Source of the DNA: Podarcis pityusensis
Taxonomy: Eukaryota
Direction: 5' to 3' (one strand)
DNA: 64,000 nt
NCBI GenBank assembly: GCA_964106645.2
Contig: OZ067050.1
Shown piece after piece: positions 1-12,200 of this stretch. A program made the translations under genes and the position numbers. The notes under the pieces were generated by a model. The model worked only from the letters and a program-made list of their open reading frames with translations, did not search any database and had not been told where the DNA came from. The stretch's first letter is position 1, and the number at the start of each line of letters is the position of its first letter.

Positions 1-759
1 TCCCCTCCTCTCTTTTCTTTTTTCCCTTTCCCCTCCTCCCTCTTCTCGTTTGACTACAGTGTTGCAAAAGCAGAGAGCAATAAAAACATACGCACATACA
101 CACACATTGAACTCTCTCTCCACACAGCCCGAGACACTTAGATCCACAACCTGGTGAGATCCGAGAGAGATCGGACCACCACCCCCGGGAAAAAAATATG
201 CTTCCATTTTTGCAGTCCCGTTTAGGGAGCAGATGGAAAAGTGGGGACTTGTGAAGAAAGGCTGTGAGGTTGCCTAAGGATCCGGGAGCCGAAGAGACCG
301 GCTGATTGGAAGAAAAAAGCAGAGCGATGGAGGCGGGGGAAGTGCGAGCTCTCTGCGGGGACTGGAGCGAGTCCACGCCCGGGGCCAGCGCTGCAGAGCT
401 GGCGTGCATTCAACCAACGCTTCCCAGCTAAAGCGAGCCCGGGAAAGAAGAGGGGGGGAGGAAAAAAAGGGGGAGCTTTCCTCCAAAAGCCTTCCGATCT
501 GCAGGTAGGTTGCAGACGTAGAAGGGGGCTCCGAATCTCCCCTCGAATCAGCTCCGGCATGGAGCCCCCCGTTGCAAAGGAGGGTGGGTGGTGGGTAAAG
601 GACGGATCAGGGGGAGGGGGGGAAAGCAGGCACGATCCGAGGCGACGCTGCCTCCAGCCGGGGCTGCCTTTGCGGCAGTGCGAGCGCATGTGGAGCTCGC
701 CATTAACCCGACGCTGCGCTCCGCCATCTGGGGCTGGAGGGAGGCGCTTTTGTTCCCTC

Positions 760-861
760 CTCGAGCTCCGGCAGCGGAGGAAGACAAGCAGGCGGCGGCC
801 GCTGCTCGGAGGAAGCAGCCACCGTCACTGCTCTCCTCTGCCTGCGTCTCCTGGGTCCTCG
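760..861 (+). other. UBTF: Candidate non-coding first exon A of UBTF (5' end approximate)
   Basis: Strong donor TCG|GTAAGG at 861/862 within the CpG island; no transcript evidence. Confidence 0.5.
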
Positions 862-1859
862 GTAAGGCTGAAAAAATGGGGGCTTCCGCTCATTTTTCGG
901 GGTGCATCTTTTTTTAAAAAGAAATTATTTCGGGGAATCCCCCCTCCCGCTTCAACACATTTTTTTGGGAAGGGAGGAGATTGGTGTTACGTTTAAATAT
1001 ATTCAATATTTGAGAACCGAACAGGTTTTGTTTTTTGAAAAACGTGTTTTGGGGCGCGCCCCCTTTCCATCGAGCGGGGCATCGGTGGGGGGAAGCGGAT
1101 CGGAGCCCCTTTCCGCCTTCCACGCGGTCGCTTAGGCGAAAGAGGCCGCCGCGTTCGGCCATGGAAGGGCGAGAGAGAAGGCAGGCGGTGGCGAATTCTC
1201 GCACGCCGATCCTCGCTCTGCAGGGGCAGAAATAACCAGGCGGTACAATCCGGGGGTTCAGAGACTCGATCCCCCTATTTTCTTTCTCCCCCGCCCATGG
1301 TTTAGGCTTATTTTGGAACCGAGGGGGCCCTGCTCGGGTTAGAAAGGAAGGCGAGGCGGTGGAAACAACCAAGCCGCCGCCGCCGCCTTTCTCTGGCTGC
1401 CTGCAGAGGGAGAGAAGCCAATGGACGGCGGGGGAAACGCACTCATTTTCCCTTTTCTTTCCACCGTCCTCGCACGCTAGTTTTGCTCCCATGCTTTTTC
1501 CATTGTACGAAATCGAGAGCCCAAAGCCGCCGCTCGATTTTATTTCGGAAAAGATATTGTTCCTCGCTTTCCCCCCGCGCGCTGGGGACCTTTGGCGAGC
1601 TCGGTCGGCGCAGCCTTTCCGACCGGCTGCAGCCAGCGCGCTCCTCCGCCATCCGGAGGGTGGGTCCATGCAGGCGAGGTCTTCGGCGTCCCTCCCTCCT
1701 CTTTTCCTCTAGCTCTCTCCCCCGACGAGACGCTTTTTTCGGGGGGCCCCCCGCTGCGGAGCGACTGTGGAGAATCGGGTGAGCGGGCTTTGGCTCCGCC
1801 GAGTTCCCGTGCGCCCTAGGCGCGCAGGGGGAGGCGCTCCCCGGGGGTCTGGGCGCTGC

Positions 1860-2114
1860 TGCTGGTGGAGGAGGCGGCAGAAGCAGCGGCAGCAACAGCC
1901 ACGACGTGCTGCCCTCCCTCGGCTCTGCCTGGACGCCCCCAGCCGGGCATTCATTTCTCCCTCCCGCCAGCCTGCCTTCCCCGCCCCCCTTCCACCAGCG
2001 GCTCCGATGGGGCTGCTGCAGCAGCGGCTCTCCGGCTCCTGCTCCTCCCCACTCGCGCCTGCCGCCGCCACAACGAGGCGGGCTTGTCTCAGCCTTCTTA
2101 ACCGCCTCGACGAG
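1860..2114 (+). other. UBTF: Candidate non-coding first exon B of UBTF (5' end approximate)
   Basis: Strong donor GAG|GTGAGA at 2114/2115 after GC-rich leader-like sequence; no transcript evidence. Confidence 0.55.
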
Positions 2115-3736
2115 GTGAGACCGACGGAGAGAAAAAGAGACACGCAACTCGCCTGGCGGCCCCCTTCTCCACACGCGCACCGGGCTTGGGGTCGCTGCCT
2201 GTTCCGAGGCTGACGGCGCGGGATCCGTTGCTTCGCGCTGCGGGTACAGGATTTGGGGGGAAACCACAACCTCGCCCTTCAGATTGGGGACGGCTGCTCT
2301 CGGTTTCCTCGGGATCGAAGGCGAGTTAATCGGGGGAAACGCGAGAGCCAGCCTCGCCTGCTCGACCACGTTGCCCGACGGCGGGGAAGAGCGACCCTTC
2401 TCAAGTGGCTGGTCTCTCTGGGGATCTGGGGCGGCGGGAAAGCGGTTTGGGAATACAAAGGGGGGAGAGTTAGAAATTTGAGTAAAGGCATTTGGTTAGA
2501 GGGAAGGACTGGGTCGCACTTCGAGGATTTACGAAACCAAGATCCAGCGGGGAAAGAGGGTGATCTCTGTTAACAAAGCGGAGAAATCGTATGGGGTTAT
2601 GTGTCGAAAGAGAGCTGGATCTTGAATCAATCCCGTAGAAATCCAACAAAGCGAAGAACGGGGAGGGGAAAAGAAATCTCGGGAGCGGGTGATCCGGTGA
2701 TCCAAAGTTCCCTCCTCCCGGGAAGGTCGACCTAACTCGGTGGAGCGCTGGATCTGCCGAAGAACCGAGGCTTCGGTGGAGCCCTCCTTCCTCCTTGCCC
2801 TCGGGAGGAAGGGAGGTTCAAGGCCAGAGGGCTGGAGCCCGTCCCGGGGTTTAAAAAAAAAATACGTGTGCGAGGGTGGGCGGGAGAGAGGAATCGGGCA
2901 GACGAGGCGGCGGCGGCGGCGGCTAGATTTTTCCTTCGGTGGCGCCCGCAGGGCGTGTGGAGAGGACGGAGGCGGGGGGAGGAGGCGAGGCAGCTGCAGC
3001 AGCCGCTCCGACGGCTCGGCTCGGCTCTCCCGCCTGCCTGGAGACAGGCAGAGAGCGAGAGGAGGGGGGCAGCAACCAGCAGCAGCTGCGGCTCTTCTGC
3101 TGCAGGGAGGCGGCGGCGGCGGAGATTGGCTGCTGCTAGCGCGGCCTCGGAAGAGCAGATGGAAGGGGAGGGAGGGAGCGCAGAAGAGGCACCCGCAGAT
3201 CCCACCCCCTCGCCCGGCCTGCCTCTCCTCCACCCCGCCCCGCAGGCCCGCCTCTCTTCCCCACCCACGCTGGGCCAGGGATCCTTGGGCTTGATTCGAA
3301 GCCGATCCCGCCCGCCCGCTTCCTTCTCGGCCAAACGAATCGTTTCTTTTGCCTTCCCTGCAACCAGAATCCCGGGGATCTCTTCCTCCTCCCAATCAGG
3401 TCTCTCGGCTTTCGTTTCTATCCCCTCCCCCTGTCGCTTCCCTTATATAACACTTCCTGCCCTCGCTCTTGAGGACTAGCGTGCCAGTTGCCCTTAAAAA
3501 ACAAAACAAAATACGGATTCTCTACTCACTTAATGCCCATATCCCTAATTCTCTTCTCCTGTACACTCAACAAAGTAACCCCCTTCTCTTCATTCTCCTG
3601 TTCCCCATTTTTAACCACTATTGCCTTTTGCTCTTGCCCTTCCTCATAGCTGTCTGTGTAGGCTACCTCGTTTTTATCCTTGCATCAACTCTGTGAGGAA
3701 AGTTACACTGAGGGGGAGGGGGAAAGTTACTAACTG

Positions 3737-3895
3737 GCCCATTGACTTAGAAATGACCACACACACACACCCCAAAAAAAATCAAGGTGAGAAAGTGGAA
3801 CTCCTGGAAGGATCAACTGGGCTGCACTAGAAAATTTTGCAGAACAGGATTCCAACCCCAGCTTGTCCTGTTTTACATATTTTTAAAAGAAATTG
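3737..3895 (+). pseudogene. Degenerate partial duplicate of UBTF exon 2 (3' half, donor and start of intron 2)
   Basis: Aligns by eye with 5115-5266 (tgacttagaaatgac...caaggtgagaa...gcagaacaggattcca...). It translates as DLEMTTHTHPKKNQ versus [10 protein letters not shown] in exon 2. Confidence 0.9.
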
Positions 3896-4248
3896 CTAAC
3901 TGGCCCAAGATCACTCGACTTTTATGGCAGAGTAGATAATCAAACTTAAGCATCCTCGGTCCAAGTCAACACTCCAAACTCAAGACTACCCTGGCTGTAA
4001 TCCCACCCCGCCCCCAAAAATCCCCCTCCTGTGATTTATTCCACTATCAAACATTTTGCATTCCCCTTTTATGTGACATAGATCCCACTTTGGGGCCTCC
4101 CATGCCTAGTGCTGTTGGAGGCCTTTTCTGTTTAGAGGATCCCGCTGAGACCTACTTCAGCTGTGCAGATTCCCCACCCCCAACTTTTAGCACACTTAGC
4201 CCCATTTGTGAAATGGATTCCTTTCTAAATCCAGATTTATACGCCAAT

Positions 4249-4536
4249 TAGAGCCGGATTTAGGTTTGGTGAGGCCCTAAGCTACTAAGGTAATGGGGCC
4301 CTTTATATGTCCAGCTGCCCTTTGTCAACAAATGGTTGCTGTTTTTGTTGTTGAATAAATGCTATTTGGTAATTTATGGACCTAATTGGTATCTAAAGCC
4401 CTTTGCACATAACAAAATATGTATTTATCAAGGTAATTGTTGAACTGAAATACAATTAATAGGTTTTTTCTTTAATTTTTTGGGGGGGCAAGAGAGTGGG
4501 GCCCTAAGCTATATCTTATACATAAATCCAGCACTG
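4249..4536. mobile_element. hAT-type non-autonomous DNA transposon (MITE)
   Basis: Imperfect TIRs tagagccggattta / taaatccagcactg; perfect 8-bp TSD ACGCCAAT at 4241-4248 and 4537-4544. Confidence 0.85.
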
Positions 4537-5095
4537 ACGCCAATGAATAGATGTGCTGTTACAATCCTGTAGGCCAAGGGGTAGACAGATGTTGCTGGAG
4601 GACCGTTCTTATCTCTTGCCGTTGGCCATGATAAGATTCAGGGCCCAACTTTTCTCTAGGGAAAGAGAATTCCAGAAATGTTCCTGTGGCCGTCTTTGGA
4701 CATCCGCTGTTTCCTCTGCCTACGGGAAACCTTGCCCTCCATCCACCAGAGAAGATAATCCTGTTACTGTTCACATAATCACTTACCCAAGGGTGAAAGG
4801 AAAATGTGTTGAGACCTTGATTTTATCAAAACTCCTTTCTTTTTTTAAAAAAACTCACTTGAACTTGCAGGTTCAAGTTCATGAGTTGTTATTCTGTGTG
4901 CAAACAAGCCCCCAGTTTTTGGAGGGGACGTGCTGGTGCTGTTAAGATGGGCAGTAGCGGGAAAGCAGAGGCTGTAACTCCCATTCGTTCCTGCTTTCAG
5001 TGTGAAAAGTGATTGACGCCATCGTGAAGGGGGGCGAGAGGGAGCTGGAAGGGGCAGACCCAGGAGGTGTCACCCTAGGGTCCGAGAGGTGGAGG

Positions 5096-5153
5096 ATGAA
5101 CGGAGAAGCGGATAGCCCAACTGACTTAGAAATGACGGCCCCCAAAAACCAAG
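5096..5153 (+). CDS. UBTF: UBTF exon 2, coding part (exon starts 5001); aa 1-20
   Basis: Acceptor ctttcag|5001; aggATG start; [19 protein letters not shown]; donor G|gtgaga. Confidence 0.95.
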
Positions 5154-8100
5154 GTGAGAAGGTGGGAACTCCTGGGAGGGTCAAGTGGGCTGCGCCAGAA
5201 AAATTTGCAGAACAGGATTCCAGCCACAGCTTGATCTAGTCTGCATATTTCTTAAAAAAGAAATGGATTGCCAGACAAAGTAAATCCTTTATAGAAGTCT
5301 CATGAATTAGCTTACTGAATTTCTAGCCAGATGGGAATGCAGGAAGGAGTTTTCCTTTTTCAGCCAACTTGGTGCAAAGCTGTCCATCTCTCTGCCACCC
5401 TAGTGCCCTGATGGCAGTTTCTGGTTGTCTGTGGCTACCAAGCTAAGTGCTTAAATAAAAGAATACTTTATTACTTCGTTCATGCGTTCCTAGTCTCTTC
5501 TTGAGAATATGCAGGGCCTCCTCCCCACCCCCCACTCTAATCATATGATTTAGAATATATTGAGGATTTTTCTTGGTTGTGGACAAAAGGTTGATTAAAC
5601 ATGAAATTTCCTGACCCTTGGGGTTCATGTTTGCAAGTGTTGCTGTTGAACTCTTTATGGGCAAAGCTAAGACTTGCATGCTGGGATTTGTAGTCCATGG
5701 GTACTGTTTTGCTATGAACATGAAACCCTGTTGGCTACTGCTTTGCTGTTATTTTATATATGCTTCTAAATCCTCAGCAAGATACTAAGAAGAGTCTGTC
5801 TAAGGCTTGGTGAGGTGGAGGTAGCCTCTCTGTGCATCATTATATAAGCATCCTTATACTCCTGTGAATTTTGATACAACCCAGATTTGAAAAAGAGCAA
5901 TTAGATTCTTGCATAAAAAATGGTAAATAGTCTAATTAGGGAGATAAAATGTCGCTTTCTTTAGGATCCTTGAAAAGAGCTGTACATTGCAATAAGCACG
6001 TTTTTAAATTAAATTTTATATTTAAACAATATGTTGACTTAGTAATAAGGCGCATTGAATTCAACAGGACTTACTCCCAGGTAAGTGTATATAGTATTGC
6101 AGGCTGAGCAGATGATTTCATTGGCTAAAAGCAACTTGGTGATGAACCTTAGTATCCCTAGTGTATGCCAAATGTAATGTATGATATACAGAGTATATAT
6201 TTCCCCTCCCCTCCCGCAGACCGTTGGACCCAGGAAGATATGCTCACCCTCTTGGAGTGCATGAAGAACAATCTGCCCTCCAATGACGGCAGCAAGTTCA
6301 AAACCACCGAATCCCACCTGGACTGGGACAAAGTTGCCTTCAAGGACTTTTCCAGTGAGATGTGCAAGATGAAGTGGAATGAGATCTCCAATGAGGTAGT
6401 CTTTTTTATACTTGATATGGGTCTGTGACATGAAATGTCGTCTAGCATGAGGATGGGGCGCTTCTGTTTGGGCTGGACTCTCTGGTCTGCTGCAGGGCTG
6501 CCTTGATCTCAATGCTGGGTCCTAAGACTTTGCCAGTGTGATAGCAAGGCAGGTGTGCTGCTTCCTTCCCTGGTTCTTCTGTGTCTTCTGCCTTGCCCGT
6601 AATGCTCTCCCTTCTTTATCAGGTGCCCACATCTTTTTCGAGTCCCTCTCCATCCACATACCACCAAAACTACCTGCCTCTTGCTGCCAGTTCCCATCTG
6701 CCCGATCACTCCTCTTAATCACATCCTCTCTATCTCCTTCATCTATGCCTGGGCAGGCAAAGGGCAGGCCGGCTGCCTTCTTATTAACTCTCCACATCCA
6801 TGTCACATTTTGGCCGCAGTCCTAGATCCACTTACCCAAGAGCAAGCCCCATTGATCTCAGGATTGCACTGTCGAATGTCTTGATGGTATGAATGAAACC
6901 ACTATCGCTACTACAAAGGCAGGCCTCGAGGAGATTCTGTTTTTGACCATTAAGTCATTGTGCTTCAGTAAGAAAAGAATTTTGAAGGGAGGCTGCAGCA
7001 GGAAGCTGAAGAACCGTGGCTGGCAGAAGACAGATTGGGATATACTGGTAGAGAGAGATCTGGGCAGGATCTCTGGCAGCAGACCAGCAAGAGTTTCCAG
7101 CTCCCAGTAATTAAAACAACAGCAACGAAAAGCGCAAATTAGACTGCTGAAATAAATAAAAGCTTTTTGGGAAAACCAACCCCCTGTAACACTCAGTTCA
7201 CATTCCAAAAACAAATTCCTGGGCTAAGCATGTGTTCAAGGTACACTCTTCCTTTATTCTAATGGCTATTTTACACCGGGTTTAACTTGGTGGACTTTGG
7301 GGTGCCAGTAAAATAACACAAAGTAGATCCCACAAGGCTGAAGGTTGCTTACCCCAGCATTAGAAAATTTGTTAGGGTTGAAGTCGAGACAGATGGCATT
7401 TAGCAACGTCTTTCTTGCTGCAGAAATTTATTGTTCCACTTTAAGGTGTTAAATATATTATCTTTCTTGTCTTGCTAACTTAAAACCAATAATTACTAGT
7501 TAATGTTACTGATGAGCAACTGATTTGATCTTGTATTTATTTGAGTTGCGCATAGAAATGTTTCCTGCTCACTGCTATTCTGTGTTTTTGGGTTCACTGT
7601 AAAATCCTTTCACCCTATGTACTAATGCAAATATAAACTTAGGCATTGACATACTGCTTAATCCCTTAAAGTTTATTACATTTCTAAGCATAAAAATGCA
7701 AAATCTCTAAGGTGCTGTAGGATTTTGTTATTTTTGCTGGAACAGCTGTTCTCAGGAATTTGCTGTTAATGGCCTTATTGAAACATAAAACCAGGCCCTA
7801 GTTTGTTCAAATGTGTGAGCTGAGCCCAGAAGACTAACCACAGTCAGTTAGCTGGCAACAAACCACAAAGTGAAGCATGGTTTGCTGTTGGCTTCTGCGA
7901 GCCATGACTTGTTTTAATTATGGCTTTGGTGTTATGACCAAAACAAATGGCCATGCTTAACTATGGTTTGTTTGCCCTAGTTACGCACCGAGCTGCGGGA
8001 GATTAGGCTAGAACAGCTGGAGAACAATCTTAAGTTTTGACGTGGTTTGCTTGATCGTCTGTGAGATAACTCATGGTTGGTTAAGCAAGCCACGATTAAA

Positions 8101-9189
8101 ACAAACCATGGATTACCATAATGTGCAAACACAGCTATTGTATGTTTCCTGGCAGCTGTATGCTAGATGTTGCACAGAACATAAAGGTAACATGGTAGCT
8201 TCCCCAGAGAGAATACACTCCACAATCAACGCCCCAGACACATAGCTAATTTTAGGTAGTTACTAGCATAATGCGCGAATGCAGCCAATGTATGTTTAGT
8301 GGCAGCTGTGTGCTAGGTGCTGTATGAAACGTAGAAGCAACAAATTGCCTTCCCATTTGACACTCCATGATGGATGCCCCAGGCACATAGGGGATTGTTA
8401 GAACTATTGATGAATCACCTGCTTGCTAATGCAACAAAGCCAATTTGCTTTTTGCCACAGACTCCATTAAGATGCCTGCTTTGAGAATTAAAGGATATGT
8501 AAGAACTTAGGTAGTTCCCCCATCCAAATACTGATCAAATTGAGACATGCTTAGCTGCAGCAAGGTGGTGGCTTCATAATTGGGGATTTGTATAAAAGTG
8601 CCCTTAGCTCTCAGTTCCGCTCACAAGTTCACTCATTCAGTTGTGGTTGCTATGGTGTGCTAGTAAAGACTTGCAGCCCTGGAAATGGTTGACAATGCTG
8701 TTCTCTCCCCCGCCTCTGGTTGCATTTGCTGGTTGCTCCTGCAGGTGAGGAAGTTCCGAACCCTGACAGAACTGATTATGGACGCTGAGGAGCACGTGAA
8801 AAACCCATACAAGGGCAAAAAGCTGAAGGTAAGCGTTGACTCAGTGAAGGGAAGGGCTCATGAGAGAACGTCTCCTTCTGAATCCGGCTGGCTGCTCTGT
8901 TAACTTTCCCGCTTTGTTCCTGTGCTGCAGTGCTTAGCGGCCAATGTTTCTTAACATTGCTGACCCCCATGCAAGTTCCCACAGGGCAGGGGTGGGTACT
9001 GAGATGCCCTCCAGATAAATGGGACTACAGCTCCCATCATTCCTGATAATTGGTCATGCTGGGTGGGGTGGTTGGAAATTGTAGTCCAAAAACATCTGAT
9101 GGCACCATGGCAGCTGGTTCTGCCATAGGGGAGAAATGGTGGAATAGTGCAGCTTCCAGGGTCACACACCTGTGCTATAAACAATCCTC

Positions 9190-9228
<39 letters not shown>

Positions 9229-12200
9229 ATACACATACACGTATACACACATGCATTTCAATTTGCAGTTCTTGATATGTGTATCCCTTTAACAATCAGC
9301 AAAGCGCTTTTTAAGAGTGCAGAAGGGTAGCACAATTGTATTGTCTCTCGCCCCTCCCCTCTGAATTAAAGCACTTAAAACCAGATTACTTCAAAGAATG
9401 TGAAAAATTGAGAATGAGTCACTCCCAAAGCATGTGCCAGGAAGGAGCTCTCTGGGGGCAGGCAGGTAGAAATACATGAATGAGTCAAAGTTGCTAGAAG
9501 TTTCAAAGCAGCCATCTTTAACAGGAACCTGCCCACTGCAGCCTATTCTTTTTATTTTATTTTATTTTATTAGTTATACCTCGCCCATCTGGCTGGGTTT
9601 CCCCAGCCACTCTGGGTGGCTTACAACATATCTAAAAACATAATAAAAATATCCTTTAAAACTTGGATGTCTTCTAAAAGTCAGATAGTTGTTTGTTTCC
9701 TTGACATCTGAAGGGAGGCCATTCCACAGGGAGGGAGCCACTACTGAGAAGGCCCTCTGTCTGGTTCCCTGTAACTTCGCTTTGCACAGTGGGGGAACCA
9801 GCAGAAGACCCTCGGAGGAGGACCTCAAGTGTCCTGGCTGAGCGATGGGGGTGGAGAGTCTCCTTCAGGTATACTGGGCTGAGGTTGTTTAGGGCTATAA
9901 AGGTCAGCACCAACACTTTGAATTAATTTGGGCATGCAAATCACACAAACAGCAATCATGTAGGGAGGGAGAGCAGGGATGGCCACATGTGGTGGGGGCA
10001 CATCTGTTGAGGGGAGCTCTGCTGCAGACATACCCCTCTAGTATGTGGGCGATAGAGGCGAGACCAGGGGGGATGGCCCTGCTTTGGCTCCATTCTGTAG
10101 CTTTCTGTGCAGGTTGCATGCCGGAATAGGGCTTTTGTCTCTGCATGATCTACTGCTTTGGTCTTTCCTTCAGCCAGTCAGCATCTGATGAGGGGTAGAC
10201 ATGTTTGCCACACCTGTGTCTTGGATGCCACCGGATCATTCAGTACTCTCCCAGATGAAGAGATTCAGCAGAATTCACCCCTGCACAATTGCATTTCTGC
10301 AGGGGTTACGACTCTGGGCTTGCCTCCTTCCATTCAGGAGTCCTGCTTGAGACACAGTCCCTCACAAAAGTACAGAAAGAGGGCAGGTGACTGTGAGCAA
10401 AATCTGAGCATTGTGTTTGGTGACCCGCTTCTCTTTCCCCATGCTGCCACAAGTCATATTCTCTCTTTCAAAGAGGATGAAGTGAGGTTCATTCTATGAA
10501 AAGGCCAGAATCCAAACTAGATAGAAAACATGAGGAGGAGAAGAAGAATACCCCACCTTTTTCCCTGAGGGGGCTCAAGGCAGCTTATATATAAAAACAA
10601 GAGCAGCTGAAAACATAGAGGAAACAATAATTAAAAAGCAATTACATGTTAATGGAATTAAATCTATATTGTTATTATTACTATTGCAGTGCTCTAGTTA
10701 ACAGGCTACTTTTGGTGGAAGTAGAGTATTGAAAGGGTTGCCTGTTGACCAGGAAAAGAATGGGTTGGGTCTGCTTTTGTTTCTTTCTAACAGCAGCTTT
10801 AAGTGGCAGAAATTAGCAAGAAACTTTCATAGTAAAAAGCATTACCGCCAATTCGTGTCTACTCACAAGGGTTTAGAAGCTAGAAGAGGTTAGAAAGCTG
10901 ACAGGCCTACATATCATTCCACGGTGTAAAGTAAAACAAAATTGGAACTCCCTTTCAGCTTCGTTAGGCCAGCCTAAATGTCACAAAATTAGTCTGCAAG
11001 CTTTTGAGTTCCTCAGAACACTTCATCAGGATAGTGAATTATGTGTGTGTAGGGAGAGTTGATGTAGAATCCGTGGAGTCAGCCTTTAAGATGAAATGTG
11101 GAAGTTACAGGCATCCAAATGAGGCTTTCTCTTGGAGCTCTGCAGATTTCAGGTTGCACCAAATGCCGCCAAGGGCTTCTGGGAAGAAAACACTTTCCCC
11201 CTCTCCCCTCCCCTTCTTTTGTTTGCAATCTATCCTAATGAAGGGTTCTGGAGAAAAATTTCATGCTCTTTTGTGACATTTAGTTGGTCTTTAATAAAGG
11301 TATGGGCCTAACATCAATTTTAGATTTACCCTTTTGTGTTGCCCGTATCTGTTGTTCTTCCCTGAGTGCTCATGCACTCTGAAGATTGCCTGAGGTGCTG
11401 TTTGGAAGATTTACACCCCCACCCAAAACCTTGGCACCCATTTTCTGAGTCATTCTTATTTGGAGCACTGCCAGTTGCTCGAACTGCTGGTTTTCAGTCA
11501 GAGCTGTTTTTTCAACACCTGTACTTTTCTCTTCTTCTTTGGGCGTTTCCTGTTTTAGGAGGTCACAAAATGAAAATCGAATTTCTCAGATCTGCTTTTT
11601 GAACAAATGGGACGGAAGCACAAATCGGGGGGGGGGGGGCGCTTGAACCCCAGGCATGGTGCCCTGCGCATGCATTTTAGCCACGGCAACCGTATTTCTT
11701 GCAGTTCCCAGGCGTGGCCCTGTCAACCAGGCATTAAAGAAACTATAAATCCAGTTTAAGAAAAATCTGTAACTGAGAGATACCAACTTTTTATTTTTTA
11801 TTTCTTAGATTTATACACCACCCTTCATCGTAAGATCTCGGGCCGTTCACATAATAAAATACAGAAAGAAGTAAATGAGTAAAACAAAACAGCTAAACAA
11901 TAACCTCCCCCTGACACCTTTAAAAGACTGTAGAATATTAATCAACCTGAGGACTGATTGAAGAGGAACATTTTTGCCTGGTGCCTAAACTACTATAATG
12001 CATCCTCTCTTTAAAATGTTTATACCCTGCTTTTCCTTAGAAAGGTTTAAGGCAGCTCACAAACAGGAGCCATAAAATTGAATGAAATCAGAAGACACAT
12101 TTGAGAGGAGTTGAAGTAGAGTTGCTCCAAGCTGTTGCTCTTGAGCCCCCTTCTGCATGAGAAGTAGGACGTTCACATAGAATCTTAGAGTTGGAAGGGA

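Larger units (their letters stand above)
500..3400 (+). promoter_or_regulatory. UBTF: CpG island / promoter region of UBTF
   Basis: Very GC- and CpG-rich sequence with (GGC)n runs and a reverse CCAAT (gattggc ~3124), upstream of the first coding exon. Boundaries approximate. Confidence 0.85.

Noticed and set aside
222-3479. Many 150-308 aa ORFs on both strands
   Set aside because: They lie in a CpG island where stop codons are depleted; low-complexity R/G/P/A translations with no recognisable domain.
5009-5095. In-frame GTG-initiated 29-aa N-terminal extension of UBF
   Set aside because: Non-AUG start with no supporting evidence; the ATG at 5096 matches the known UBF start and has a purine at -3.
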